Source of the DNA: Ramazzottius varieornatus
Taxonomy: Eukaryota > Animalia > Tardigrada
Length of the DNA: 64,000 nt
Reading direction: 5' to 3'
Assembly: GCA_001949185.1 (NCBI GenBank)
Contig: BDGG01000002.1
Location: 5,446,448-5,510,447 of the forward strand
In this document: positions 14,514-27,629 of the stretch, piece after piece
Layout: every line of letters begins with the position of its first letter
How positions within the stretch are numbered: the first letter of the stretch is position 1
The notes under the pieces: model-generated
Seen by the model: the letters and a program-made list of their open reading frames with translations, nothing else
Told to the model about the DNA's origin: nothing
The model's database searches: none
Translations under genes and position numbers: made by a program

Positions 14514-17500
14514 ATGGACAACAACGGAGCTGACGATGTGGAGATGCCTGTGCCTCCTGCTCCTCTGGAAGAAGACGATGTGGTAGAAGCTAACTTTGCG
14601 GAGGAAGAAGAGGATTTGCTAGGCGGAGACTACAACGAGGACGAAAATGAGCCTGAAGGAGAAGATCTCATGGGTGACAATATGGAAGCGTAAGTTCTGC
14701 TTCATCTTGCTAACTGAGCAGCACAGTGTACGGTATTACTGAAGATAATACTTCAACAGGGACTATCGTCCCATGCCACATCTCGATGAGTACGAGCAAG
14801 AAGGTCTCGATTTGGACGATAATGTCTCGGAGATGTCCCGTGCAGAATATGCAGCCGTCAACAGAGAGCTGAAAAAGCGAGATCGAGAGGAAGGAGTTGG
14901 ACGGGGTGGACGAGAAGGACGCTTTCGTGGGCTCGATCTATTTGGTAAGCTTGCAGTCTTCCACACTGAATGTCAGTGTATCTTAGATCTGCTTGACTAA
15001 TGGCAACGTTTTATAGACGATGAGGACGATATTGTCGAACCTCAAAAGTTCGGTCGAATGAAGGACACCATGCGGAATCTGGGCATATCTCAGTATGAAG
15101 AAGTGGTAAGCCAACTTTTTGCGCCTTTCTTATTTCACCTACACAGCTGTTCAAATGTTTCATGGATGAGGAATAATGAGACGTGCTCGTAGCCGGTGGA
15201 AGGAGTGGAGAATTTGGAAGATATGCGTGGACATACGCTGCAAGAATGGATTACGCAGATCGCCCCTCGAACAGAAATCTTCAACCGATTCCGCAACTTC
15301 TTAATGAACTTCACCCAAGAGAAGACCAAGAAGGGTGGAGCACTCTACATGGAGCGCATAAAGAAGATGTGCATTGATAACATGAACAGTTTCGAAGTGG
15401 ACTACAACGACCTAGCGTCGAATCAAGAAGTCCTCGCTTTCTTCCTCCCGGAATGCCCGGTGGAAATGCTAGAACTATTCAATGCGGTATGCTTAATTTC
15501 ATTAGGCTTGACATCAACGGCATCTACCACGCAAAATGGTCATACAGTAAGTAATACCGTCTATCTTTTGACAGGCTGCACTGGAGGTGGTAATGGCAAA
15601 CTTTCCACATTACGAAAGGATCAACCAAGAGATCGTCGTGCGCATTTCCGACCTTCCCATCCAAGAAGAAATTCGAGCTCTTCGGTAAGTAGGAGGATGC
15701 AAAGAATCTTCTTTGCGATGCTAAATAGACTATAAAAGATTAATATGAAGTTGAGGCACAGTACAGATTTTGGAGATTATGTAGCACGTTTCCTATTGGT
15801 TGTGTTTTACGGTATTTTTGCTTTTTGCCTTATCCAAATGGGATCTCCCTGTTGCAGGCAGGTGCATCTGAATCAATTAATTCGGACAAGTGGAGTGGTG
15901 GCTAGTGCCACCGGAATCTTACCCAAGTTGTCAGCAGTAAAGTACGACTGCACGAAATGTGGAGCGGTTAACGGACCGTTCTACGTTACAGCTACCGAGG
16001 AGACGTATCCCACCAGCTGTATAGAGTGTCAGTCTAGAGGTCCCTTCGACGTTAACACGCTGGAAACCGTCTACGAGAACTTTCAGCGCGTCGTCATCCA
16101 GGAAAGTCCAGGCAAGGTGGCCGCTGGTCGTCTTCCGCGCTCCAAAGAGTGCATCTTCAAGGGCGATTTGGTCGATACCGTGGCACCAGGGGACGAGATC
16201 GTAAGCACATGTCAGGTCGTAATATCGAGTCTGGAGTTGTTCTTAGGTTTTTAGCGAAGTGTCACTTTAGGAAGTTACTGGAATCTACTCCAACAACTAC
16301 GACGGATCACTGAACACGAAGAATGGGTTCCCTGTCTTTGCCACCGTGATCATCGTCAATCACATCAAGCGAAACGATGAAAATACTCTGGCGAGGTCGT
16401 TGACGGACAAGGACATGAAAGAAATTCAAGCCTTGTCCAAAGAAGAACTGATTTCTGACATGGTAAATACTCTATCAATAATTATATTTGGAGGATCTAC
16501 CATCAGACTCCACCAGATGGTTTTCCGCACGCTTCCGGTCACTATCGCCGACAACGTGCGCCACTTGGGAAAGCGATCTGTTCAAGTTTGTTTGCCGAGC
16601 CAGCTATTTTACATGTTCAATTGACAGATTACGGCTAGTATCGCTCCATCAATCTACGGTCACAACGACATCAAGAAAGCCCTTGCACTGGCACTCTTTG
16701 GTGGTGTCCCGAAGAACCCGGGAGGAAAGCACAAGCTTCGCGGTGACATCAACGTTCTCCTCTGTGGTGATCCTGGTACCGCCAAGTCTCACTTCCTCAA
16801 GTACATCGAGAAGATTGCGAACCGGCCAGTCTTCACCACCGGTCAAGGTGCTTCGGCCGTCGGTCTGACAGCCTACGTTAAAAAGAACCCACAGACCCGA
16901 GAGTGGACACTGGAAGCGGGTGCGTTGGTCTTGGCCGACAAGGGTGTCTGTCTCATCGACGAGTTCGACAAGATGAACGACGCTGATCGAACAAGTATCC
17001 ACGAAGCCATGGAACAGCAGAGCATCTCCATCTCCAAAGCCGGAATCGTGACGTCGCTTCAGGCGAGATGCTCGGTTATCGCCGCGGCGAATCCTATCGG
17101 TGGACGATATGACAGCTCTCTAACCTTTGCTGAAAATGTTAGTTCGAAACAATCCCACATAAATTAGCCGTTCTTTTTATTCGCAGAATTTTATTAGTTT
17201 TTTGAAATTTTAGGTGAATTTGTCCGATCCGATTCTCTCCCGTTTCGATGCATTCTGCATCGTCAAAGATACGGTCAACGAGGAAGTTGACCGGAAGTTG
17301 GCTCGATTCGTAGTGGGTAGTCATTGCCGGAACCATCCACACTTTGCCGAAGGAGACGACGATGCTGTCCGAGCTTTCGAAGAGGACGCCGAAGAGGTCG
17401 AGAATAATGACAGTCACGTCAAGCCGATTGCACAAGATGTCTTGAAGAAGTACATCACCTACGCCCGAGACCGCATCCATCCGAAGCTGCATAGTATCGA

Positions 17501-18272
17501 CCAGGATAAAATTGCCAATATGTATGCTGAATTGCGACGCGAATCCATGGTACGATATTGAGACTCGCTCTAGATTTTTATTTTCTGAGTTTTATTTTTC
17601 CTTGCAGATAACCGGAAGTGTAGCTATCACTGTCCGCCACATCGAGTCGATCATTCGACTCTCAGAAGCTCACGCCAAGATGCATCTTCGTGAATACGTC
17701 AACGAAGACGATGTCAACTCGGCCATCCAAGTTTGCCTCAAGTCGTTTGTGGACGCTCAGAAGTTTAGTGTGAAGAAGAATATGGAACATGTAAGCCTAC
17801 TTTTTCCGTATGACAGTACTAGGATGTGAAACAGTTGGTTGACAGTTTGCTTCGCTCCATATTAGATTTTCTCGAGATACTTATCGTATCGAAGGGACAA
17901 CAACGAGCTTCTGCTCTTCATGGTTCGCCAGCTGGTGCAAGACCAAAGAACGTACCTGCGTGTGCACTGGCAGAAGACCAACAGCCGAGCCATTGCCGAA
18001 GGCCAGGTGGACGCTGACGGCTGGAGAGACCAGTTGGTCGAAGTCTCCGTTAGAGACCTGGAAGAAAAGGTATGGTAACTTCCCTTAGTACCTTGAGAAA
18101 CTGCCTGTGCCGAACTGCGGGTTTTCTGTTTTCGTAGGCGCGTCGCGTAAATATAACCAATCTGAAGAACTTTTTTGGAAGCAACGCATTCAAGAAGTCG
18201 TTCCAAATCGACACCCGGAGGAAGGTGATCAGCATGCGTACGGACGAAGTGGACGGTCAGGAAGCTGCTTGA
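14514..18272 (+). CDS. MCM2: DNA replication licensing factor MCM2
   Basis: Acidic N-terminus [23 protein letters not shown]; Zn finger CTKC...CIEC; [16 protein letters not shown]; Walker A GDPGTAKS; IDEFDKM; SRFD; [11 protein letters not shown]. Confidence 0.98.
16490..16600. repeat. Palindromic element family A, copy 6, left arm partly deleted (MCM2 intron 16463-16627)
   Basis: CAGACTCCACCAGATGGTTTTCCGCAC - 25 nt - GTGCGCCACTTGGGAAAGCGATCTGTTCAAGTTTGTTTGCCGAGC. Confidence 0.87.
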
Positions 18273-18868
18273 GGAACCGAGGATGTGGGCTCTCGAGTAC
18301 GAAGCGAGAAAAGCATTCCAAGTAATTTTATTTTTTATGCACGGTCGAATATCATGATAACTTCAACTCTTAGCGAAATACGTTCAAACAGTTGGAATTT
18401 AGCGGGAGTTTTACTCGGGTCGGATCCTGTTATGTCTAATAAAAAACCCTGGAATTGAAAGCTTTGTAAACGATCGCCCCCACATGTGATTACATAGACT
18501 CTAGAATGCGGTCTTACCATGCTAAGGATAAGTGTTTCGCCGATCAGAATCTGTTTGGTCAGTGCAAAGGTCGACGAGTTCTACAGTCTGTAATTACTAG
18601 GACAGCACAGACCGGTACGCAATAGTCGCCTGCTTTTCTCTCTCCATTTGTCTCCGTTCTTTTGTTAGACAGAACCAGATCTTTTGAATTCCAGGCTGAT
18701 TTACCAACTCATGCAACTGGGACAGTCTCGCTGTAAAGAAGGGTAAGTTGAGCTGCGTTGTGGATACGATGCTTTAAACGCTGATTTTGTCCGGTCAGTT
18801 CGGTGTGCGACTGTGTGTTGCAACACAGCAATCTCATGGGAAATTCGTTTGTTGAATTTTCTTAGGTG

Positions 18869-21800
18869 ATGGAGGATTACACGCAAGCGAAAAAGGCGCA
18901 TCCGGCGAAGGAAGTTCTCCGGTTCATCAATAATTCCAGTTGGAGGGCCATTCCCAGATCGTCTTTGCGGCTACCAGAGGATGTCCTTCCTCACGTTGTT
19001 TCCGTTCGAGTCCAGCCTGTGTTTTACGTGGAAATCGACAGTAACCTTCATAAGAACGACGTAGAGTACCGGGAGACGATAGACCAATTACGATGGCTGA
19101 CAGAATCTGACTTCTTCAAGGCTGCGGCCACAAATGGTCACGCAAGCCATCAAGCTGGTGAAAACGGGTGGGAAAATGGAGCGGAATTTGAATTCCAAGT
19201 CGAGATTGGCCCCAGGCAAGTTCATACAGAAGCCAGGAGCAAGCTTTCTACTCGAAACGGAGGTTATGTCTAGTTATGTGTGTCCTATCAATTCCAGATT
19301 GAATTTCAAAACTCCGTTCTGCGCCAACGCCCTGTCCATTACAGCAGCTCTTTCTCTGCATTCCGTCACGAGGATTGAAAGAAGTTCCCTTTGCACGATC
19401 AGATATCATGCCGCGGATTCAGCTAGTTCTGACTACCTGAAGCAAGCGGTACGCATGTTTGCCGGTTCGAAAATATCCAACCATGTACAAGTATTGATAC
19501 AATTTCGACTGCTGCTTTAGTGTATTAGCCATCTCATGGATCCTATCCTCCAATGCGAGTACAAGTCTCCCATCACCAGTTTTCGTGTGGATCTACCCAA
19601 ACAGCAAACTTTCCTCGTTCCGGTCTGCAAGGAAGGACGAACCGCACTGGCCGTGGCTAATGAGCAACTGAGTAAGAAAAGTTTTCTGATAATGTGTTCG
19701 TATGTTTTTTAGTTTCGTGTTCCCATTCATCGCACCTTCGTGTTGATGTTGATGTAGGCCTTGGGTTCGACGAAGCTGATCTCGATTACTACACACATCT
19801 GTTCCGAACTGAGCTGAAAAGGGACTCCACCAACCTTGAATGCATGGATCTCGCCCAGTCTAACAGGTGAGAAACCTGAGTTTTCGTCTTTAGGTCCAGT
19901 TAAAAACATTTACATAGAACAATTCACAAAATTTGGTTTCCAGTGAACACAGCCGCCATTGGTTCTTCAATGGAAAGATGGTCATCGACGGAAAGACGAT
20001 ACCGGCAACGCTGTTCCAAATGGTCAAAAATACTAATTTACCACAGTTCACCAACCCCAACAACATCATCAAGTTTCACGACAACAGCAGGTGATCATTT
20101 CTAGGCCGACTCGGAGATCATCAACTGCCGAAATCGTGTCTAGGCTATTTTTTACCTGTCGTCTTCATTTTCAGTTCGATTCAGGGGTATGATGCCTTAC
20201 CTTTATTCCGTGTGACGAATCCTCTAAGTCCATCCGCCTTTGAAAAGTCTCCAGGAACTCGACACATCATTTTTACGGCCGAGACTCACAACTTCCCAAC
20301 AGGTGAATCTGAATCTGACGCAGCTTTCCGAATATAAACATAGTTCTTAACAATTTTTCGTCGCAGCCGTCGAGCCATTTAGTGGAGCTACCACTGGTAC
20401 TGGCGGACGTATTCGGGATGTCCAAGCCGCAGGCAGAGGAGCCCACGTGATAGCTGGCACAGTTGGCTACTCATTCGGAAGCTGTTACATTCCTGGTACG
20501 AGTACGCTTTACTCTGGCTTTCGAAAGTTCATTTCCGCGCAGATATTAATGTTTCGTTCATTTCAAGACTTTGATGCCCCGTGGGAAGAACAAAATGCTA
20601 CGTATCCTACCAACTTCGCCCGTCCACTCAAAGTGATCATCGAAGCGAGTAATGGCGCATCAGATTACGGTAACAAGTTCGGCGAGCCCGTCATCACTGG
20701 GTTCGCCCGCTCCTTTGGCGCCACCTTACCCGATGGAGCCCGCTGTGAGTGGATCAAGCCCATCATGTTCAGCGGTGGGATCGGAAGTATTGACCATCAA
20801 TGGACGGAGAAACAGAAAGAACTCCCGAATGGTAACGCCACAAGTACAGCACGAGATTAACCTGATGCTTACAGACTGCGTTCGTCCGTAGGCATGAAAG
20901 TGGTCAAGATTGGAGGACCTGTTTACAATATCGGTAAGTCGGATTCAGGCAATACAGTACCTCGACTTTAGACTAGCGATATGTTCATGGTTTGACCATG
21001 CAGGTCTCGGTGGTGGCGCCGCGTCCTCAACCAGCGTCCAAGGCTCGAACAACTCAGCCGTCGACCTTAATGCAGTCCAGCGCGGCGACGCTGAAATGGA
21101 GCAGAAACTGAACCGCGTTATTCGCGCTTGTATCGAACTGGAAGACAACCCGATTGTCAGCATTCACGACCAAGGAGCTGGTGGCAATGGTAGGTGGAAG
21201 CTTTGGCTTTTAATAGATTATAATTTTTTTTAGAAGGATTTTGATACAGTTCCGAATGCTTCTCCTTTGCAGCCAACGTCCTGAAAGAGATCGTCGATCC
21301 GGCAGGAGCGCTCATCAAAGCTGACCAGTTCACTCTGGGTGATGAAACAGTCAGCATTGTCGCATTGTGGAATGCGGAGTACCAGGAGAGCGTGGCGGTG
21401 TTGGTCCCAGAAGACAAGATAGACGTACTGAAAAGTATCGCTCACAGGGAAAGATGCACCGTCGACGTTGTAGGAGAGATTACTGGTACCGGCAAGGTGA
21501 AAAATCGAAAGAGCCATCACCATAAACACACTAGACTTTTGTTCAACTAGCTGATTGGTCTCGCCAGATTGTCCTGGAGGACTTCGGGAAAGGCCGCAGT
21601 CAGTCGACCGATGAACGCATCAACACTCCCGTAGATCTGCCGTTGGAACTTGTGCTTGGAGATATTCCTAGAAAGGTATGGGCTGTTTCGTTCGATACTT
21701 TCTTACTGCACATGCGTTATATAGTTCATTAGCTAAACGTTCTTCGACGTGGACAGACTTACCATCTGGAACGCCATCATCCTCGAGAATCAAAACCAGA

Positions 21801-24689
21801 GCTGGAACAACGGTTCAGACGTTCAGTAGCTGCTAACTTCGATATGACAAAGCTGCAAGAGTCTTTATACCGTCTTCTAAGGTTACCTTCGGTTGGAAGC
21901 AAACGTTACCTTACAAACAAGGTTAGAAGCAAACCTGATGGAGGACGAGGAAGTTGTTGATTGCTTGGTTTTGCAGGTGGACAGGTCGGTTACTGGTCTG
22001 GTAGCTCAACAGCAATGCGTGGGACCACTCCACACGCCCTTGGCTGACGTTGCCGTTATTGCTCTTTGCCACTTTGACACGGTATGGAACGACGTTTCAC
22101 GGGTGGAATTCTTGGACTTTCAGGTTCTTGCTGTACGTTTTCTTTGTAGAAAGGAAGCGCAACAGCGATAGGTGAGCAACCCATCAAGATGCTTTTTGAC
22201 GTGAAGCGGGGAGCCCGGATGACTGTGATCGAGTCGCTGACCAATCTCGTCTTTGCAAAAATATCTGATTTGAAGGTAGGTGAAATTTAGGACGCTCGGA
22301 AGCTATGAAAAATTCCAGCAAGTTCTTTGTCGGTTTAGGACGTCAAGTGCAGTGCCAACTGGATGTGGCCGGCCAAATTACCCGGCGAGGGTGCAGCTCT
22401 CTTCGACGCTTGCCAAGCCATGTGTGGCATCATGAAGGAACTTGGCATTGCTGTCGATGGAGGCAAGGACTCACTGAGCATGGCAGCGAAATGTGGAGAC
22501 GAAATCGTTAAATCCCCCGGTACCGAACAAACGTCGATGACGACTCTGCTTTTTCATCTTTGATGAGATTAAACGTTTTCAGGAACGCTGGTTGTATCTA
22601 CTTACGTGCAATGCCCGGATATCCGGAAAGTCATCACGCCATCCCTCAGAGTACCGGGTGGAAAAGGTAGGCACAACTAGTATGAAGTTCGTCGTTACTG
22701 AATCCAAACTTCCGGGTTCCCCCATACTCATCTTCATCATCGTTGCAGGCTGCTTACTATGGATCGATCCAGGTCGCGGTCATCGCAGGTTGGGAGGTTC
22801 GGCGTACTGTCAGGCCAACAGCCTGTTGAACATTCCCTTTGAAGCACCAGATGTCGACTCCGTCGATACGTTCGTTAGAGCCTTCCAGCTGACACAACGC
22901 TTCCTCGACGGTACAGTATATCATACTGGTGCTCCACATCCGAAAGAACTGACTATAAAGTATTAATAAAACATCGATTTTTCTACAGGAGGTAAACTGT
23001 CCGCCGGACATGACATCAGCGACGGCGGACTAATAGTCTGCCTTCTGGAAATGGCAATCGCTGGCAACTGCGTCTTCGATGTCAACATCGAAACTCCGGG
23101 GGAGTTCGCTCCTGAATACCTTCTCTTCGCCGAAGAAGTTGGTTGGGTCCTGGAAGTTCCTGAGGAGTACTGCGATACCATCAGTGACAGCTTTTCGGAG
23201 GCTGGTGTACCTTGCTTCTTCATAGGACATTCTACGAAGAGCTCCGAAGAATGCCGTTCAGCCAACGGCAGAAACTTCTGCGCGGTGAGATATATCGGTT
23301 TCTCATAAGTTATATGGCTTTCCATCTAACTATGCTTACGTTTCGCCTAGCCTTTCATCAGTATGGATAATCGGCTCGTATTCGGCGCAGAGAAAGAGGG
23401 GATCGCCGGGATACGTTCGGTATGGGAAGAATTCAGCTATCACATCGAGAAGCTGCAGACGAACGAAGGGTGCGCCGAGTCGGAGAAGGCCATGTTGGCT
23501 GCCGGTGCAGATCCGATCTTCCACGTCTCTTTCACTCCTGACTTCGACGTTTGTGACATTGCTGCGTTCGACAGAGGTAAGAAATTTGCACCCAGCAGGA
23601 AATGAGGCATGTACAGTAGTTTCTTAATCGTGGCTTGTCTTTCAGACCGGCATCTACCTCCGAAAGTGGCCATCATTCGAGAAGAGGGTAGCAATGGCGA
23701 CCGAGAGATGGCGGCAACGCTGCACATGGTCGGCTTCGAAGTCTGGGACGTCAATGTGCAAGATCTGCTCGATGAGAAAATCGACCTAGGTCCGTTCCGC
23801 GGACTTGTCTTTGTGGGCGGTTTCAGTTATGCTGACGTTTTCGGCTCAGCCAAAGGTACTTTGAGGCTAAACACATTTGTTTAAATTGAATATGCAAGAA
23901 TCTTCTGACGACGTATCTTTTCATTCTTTTGTAGGGTGGGCTGCCGTTTTAGCTTTCAGCCCTTCGGCGAGGAAGCAGCTCGAAAACTTCTATCAACGTG
24001 AAGACACGTTCTCTCTCGGAGTGTGTAATGGATGCCAGTTGTTGACCAAGCTGGGGCTGGTCGGTCACACCAGCGTCCAGTCCAACGGGGCAAAGCACAT
24101 TGACGTGAACGACACTCCGGTCCAGTTGAAACACAACATCTCCAAACGCTTCGAATCAAGATTCTCCACCGTCAAGATCACCAGTTCGAATGCTATCATG
24201 TTCCGAGGCATGGAAGGAACTCAGCTGGGCATATGGGTCGCTCACGGCGAAGGTTTGTCCGTCTTTCAATTTTCGGAATACCCAAGCACCATAGCAGAAC
24301 AATCTATACCGTGGTTTCTTCGTTACTTTTGAACGAACGGAAATATTCGATTAGGCGCAGTATGTCTGAATCGGTGTCTTGCAGGGAAGTTTGCATTCCG
24401 AGATGGAACTTCCGGCTTGAAATCCGCCAGCTGTATCGCTCTACAGTATGTTGACAGACGAGGAATTCCAACAGAAGTCTATCCGCTAAACCCCAACGGT
24501 AGTCCGGAAGGTATTGCTGGCATCTGTACGCCCAACGGACGTCACCTGGTTATGATGCCTCATCCAGAGCGCTCAGTGCTAGCCTGGCAGTGGCCTTGGC
24601 GACCTGAGGACTTTAACTGGCCAAAAGACGCTGCATTCACACCTTGGATCAAGATGTTCCGCAACGCCTACGAGTGGTGTTTAGCTTAG
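18869..24689 (+). CDS. PFAS: Phosphoribosylformylglycinamidine synthase (large PurL)
   Basis: SNSEHSRHWFF; AETHNFPT; GATTGTGGRIRD; GASDYGNKFGEP; IHDQGAGGN; GGKDSLSM; HDISDGGL; REEGSNGDREM; GGFSYAD; LGVCNGCQ; YPLNPNGS; MMPHPER. Probable upstream exons at 18.5-18.75 kb. Confidence 0.98.
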
Positions 24690-24815
24690 ACTACGGTATC
24701 GGACAATACAGATCATCACAAAACACATCCAGGACATATTTGTAGTATATTGTTGAGTATTGAAGGACGTTTCGGGATAAAGTTTTAAAACTTTGGAAGG
24801 CAATGATGTGCTTTG

Positions 24816-27629
24816 TCATATTCCGTCCATTAGAATACTCTTATCAAGCTTGGCAGAAGTGCTGCTATAATCATTTCCAATGAACGTCAGCTGTTTCGAA
24901 CACCATCGTTGTGCCACCGCAATGTCAACTTCTTGTCCAGTTGAAGATGCATGCTCCACCAACAGCGCGCCTGCAAATGTTGTGCTGAACGAATTACATC
25001 CCTGTCTCTTTAGTAAGCATATGAAGAGTAACTTACCCATATAGGTTCGCACAAGGGAGAAAGCAATGTCGCGAGCAGCAAAGCTCAAAGCTTCACTATT
25101 CGTACCGGCAAGAAACGAAGCGACGGTTCGCAGGGACTCGGTCAGCCGGTCTCGAGGTCCGTCCAGTTCGACATCTGCGTCCCGGCTAGACTTCATCAGG
25201 TTGTCAACTTCCCTCAGTATCGCCATGGCTGTCTTTCCTTGAGACTTCTCGACGGAACGCAGAACATCGAGGGAGAGGATATTCGTCGTTCCTTCCCATA
25301 TTGGCAACACCTATCAGTAAAAAAAATTCAAATAATATAAGCGGTACTGTGTGCCATGAACCTATGTATCCACCTGCGTGTCTCGAAGAATACCGGGAAT
25401 GCCCGTGTCTTCAATATAGCCTTGCCCACCGAAGCTTTCAAGCGCTTCTGACACGACCCCAATCGACTGCTTGGCTGTCCACAACTTTAGGAGAGGCGAA
25501 ACTATCCTCAGCAGGTGCTTCTGGTGCTCGCTTGCTTGTCCGCACTCTTCTAGGCCAAGCAAACGAGCGGTTTCGAGCAGTAGCAGCAGCGACCCTCTCA
25601 CTTCCACCTCTAGATCGGTCAAGGTGCGAACATGTAGGGGATGGTCAACCAGCAACTTTCCGAACGCCGTTCGCTGCAGAGCGTACCGCCTGGCGAGACT
25701 GAGGATCTTTCTCATACTGCTAACGGCGGCTATCGCGTTGTGTAGACGAGTCATGAATAGCTATACAGGAAGATTGTCGTTATCGAAGTCTTTCAGTAAA
25801 AGTGCAATTCTATACTTGCCATATGCGAGATGGAGGAAACACCTCGACCAACATCACCCATCATATGAGCAACGGTTCCATTCAGAATAAGCTCGGCAGT
25901 CGGTACTAAAACGGAGAAAGCCTTTCTTCAGCGTTCCCGCGTCCTTCACCGATCAACGAACAAGGAAGACAGGTTTCTACTTACATTGCCTAGTACCAAG
26001 CTTGTTCTTCATTTTCACCACTTCAATGTTATTCAGCAGACCATCTTCTTGCCTGGTTTCAACATAGAACAAGGACAGGCCGCTCGTACCCTACAACGAA
26101 GACACACATTATATAAAGAGGACACCACATACACAAATGCAGCATAATTATAGAGCCATGCCAGAGTCGTACCGGTCGAGTGCTTCCGTCTTTATCCACG
26201 ACCCGCGCCAGGGTAAACGCTATATTAGAATCCGTGGCAGATGAGAACCACTGCAAAGGAAAAACAAAGCCGGCTGATGAATCAGAATGCCAAATAGCAC
26301 CAATCTGATGCAGACGTTTCGTGCAGCTGCGTTTAGAAGACGTCAGATTTACCTTATATCCATACAGGGCGTACGGTCCAGCCAAATCCTCCGATAAAGG
26401 GAGAGCCCTGGTCTCTGCAATCATGCTATGGCCAGAGGATAACTTTAGATGCGCTATTGCTGAATCAAACAATGTGCCCAGTTAACCGCAGTACCTGTGC
26501 CATTTGCAACGTCTGATCCTCCACGCCGTTCGGTCATCCATTGGCCACTAGTGAATAGGGAGAAACGCTGGCAAACCTCATGCGAAATCATACAAGACGA
26601 ATTACCTGGTCCAAAATTTAGCTGGGTCCCTCGACGTCATATTCTCGAAAGCTCTACTGAACGGTGCGACCTGAGTGCGATCCATAGCTTTAATGATCTT
26701 ACAGGCTCCATCCGTCATGGCAAGAGGACAACTGTCAAGATGAACAGAATGTTCAGCACCAATGGTTCGACTCAAAAAGTTCGGAAAAGCACAAACCTAT
26801 ATAAGCCCGAATGCCCCGCGAAAAGGTAGTTCTTCGCCACTTGGAAGAGACGGCTGTGAGCTTTATACTGTCCTTCGTAACCAGAAGCTATCAGCCCTTC
26901 TTCGGCAGAAATATCATGCATCTTTATCCATGCTGAACAGGTCCATATCTTGTCTATACGTTTGCCCCATGCATCGTACTGATTTAGCCGAGGCGGATGA
27001 TCTTCGCACTCCTTGTGTAATGACACGAGCTCAGAGGATACCCGATGTCCGAATCGTCGAAGCTCATCAAAGACGGTGAGTTGATACTACAAACAAGAGT
27101 TACAGTCACGTTAAAAGAACCAGGACCACGCAGCTTCTCACTGTTTTACGCGTAGTTCGGCAGACTATTATGACGGAGAGCGCTCGTACCTCAGACGGTA
27201 AATGCCGCTTCAGATACAACTGCAGAAGGGGATCTTCCTCAAACTGATTGTTCACAGACGGTGAAGGCTGCACAAAGAGTTCTTCAGTTGTCCGAAATGC
27301 AGCACCAAGCTCTCGAGTTCCATTAGTAGCGTACATCCGTCTGAAATCAAGATCAAAATTCTGTACTAAGACCAACTTAATAAGGCTGCGATACTGCGCA
27401 TCACTGCGCTGGACCTCGTATCTGGACCCTCAACACATCAAAACCCAGCCCCAGTTAGACCTTCGACCGTCACGACTCGCAAGATTTACCTGAAGGGGAT
27501 GTTGGGATTCTTGGACTCGACGCGAGGTTCAGGTGCATATCGTGCTTCCAGCCCGCAATGAAGACGACGCTGGTTCGATCTGGCCACTCCGTAGCCTCGG
27601 CAGATCGCGGTACACCGCTGTCTGCTCAT
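24816..27629 (-). CDS. Acyl-CoA dehydrogenase of the AidB / ACDH-11 type, with a putative mitochondrial presequence
   Basis: QYDAWGKRID; CPLAMTDGA; TSGQWMTERRGGSDVA; YKWFSSA; KNKLGTRQ/PTAEL; TRLHNA; ESFGGQGYIEDTG; LPIWEGTTNILSLD. Start 27629 (MSRQRCTAICRG) is inferred from splicing. Confidence 0.92.

Noticed and set aside
15750-15835. Possible additional very degraded family-A copy in the 172-nt MCM2 intron (GCACGTTTCC ... TTTTTGCC); similar weak hints at about 57690-57745 and 62700-62768
   Set aside because: Core and second arm are not recognisable enough to support a call.
24816-27629. Horizontal transfer of bacterial aidB
   Set aside because: The gene has many spliceosomal introns and AidB-like ACADs are known in invertebrates (e.g. 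nematode ACDH-11). No sequence evidence of recent transfer.
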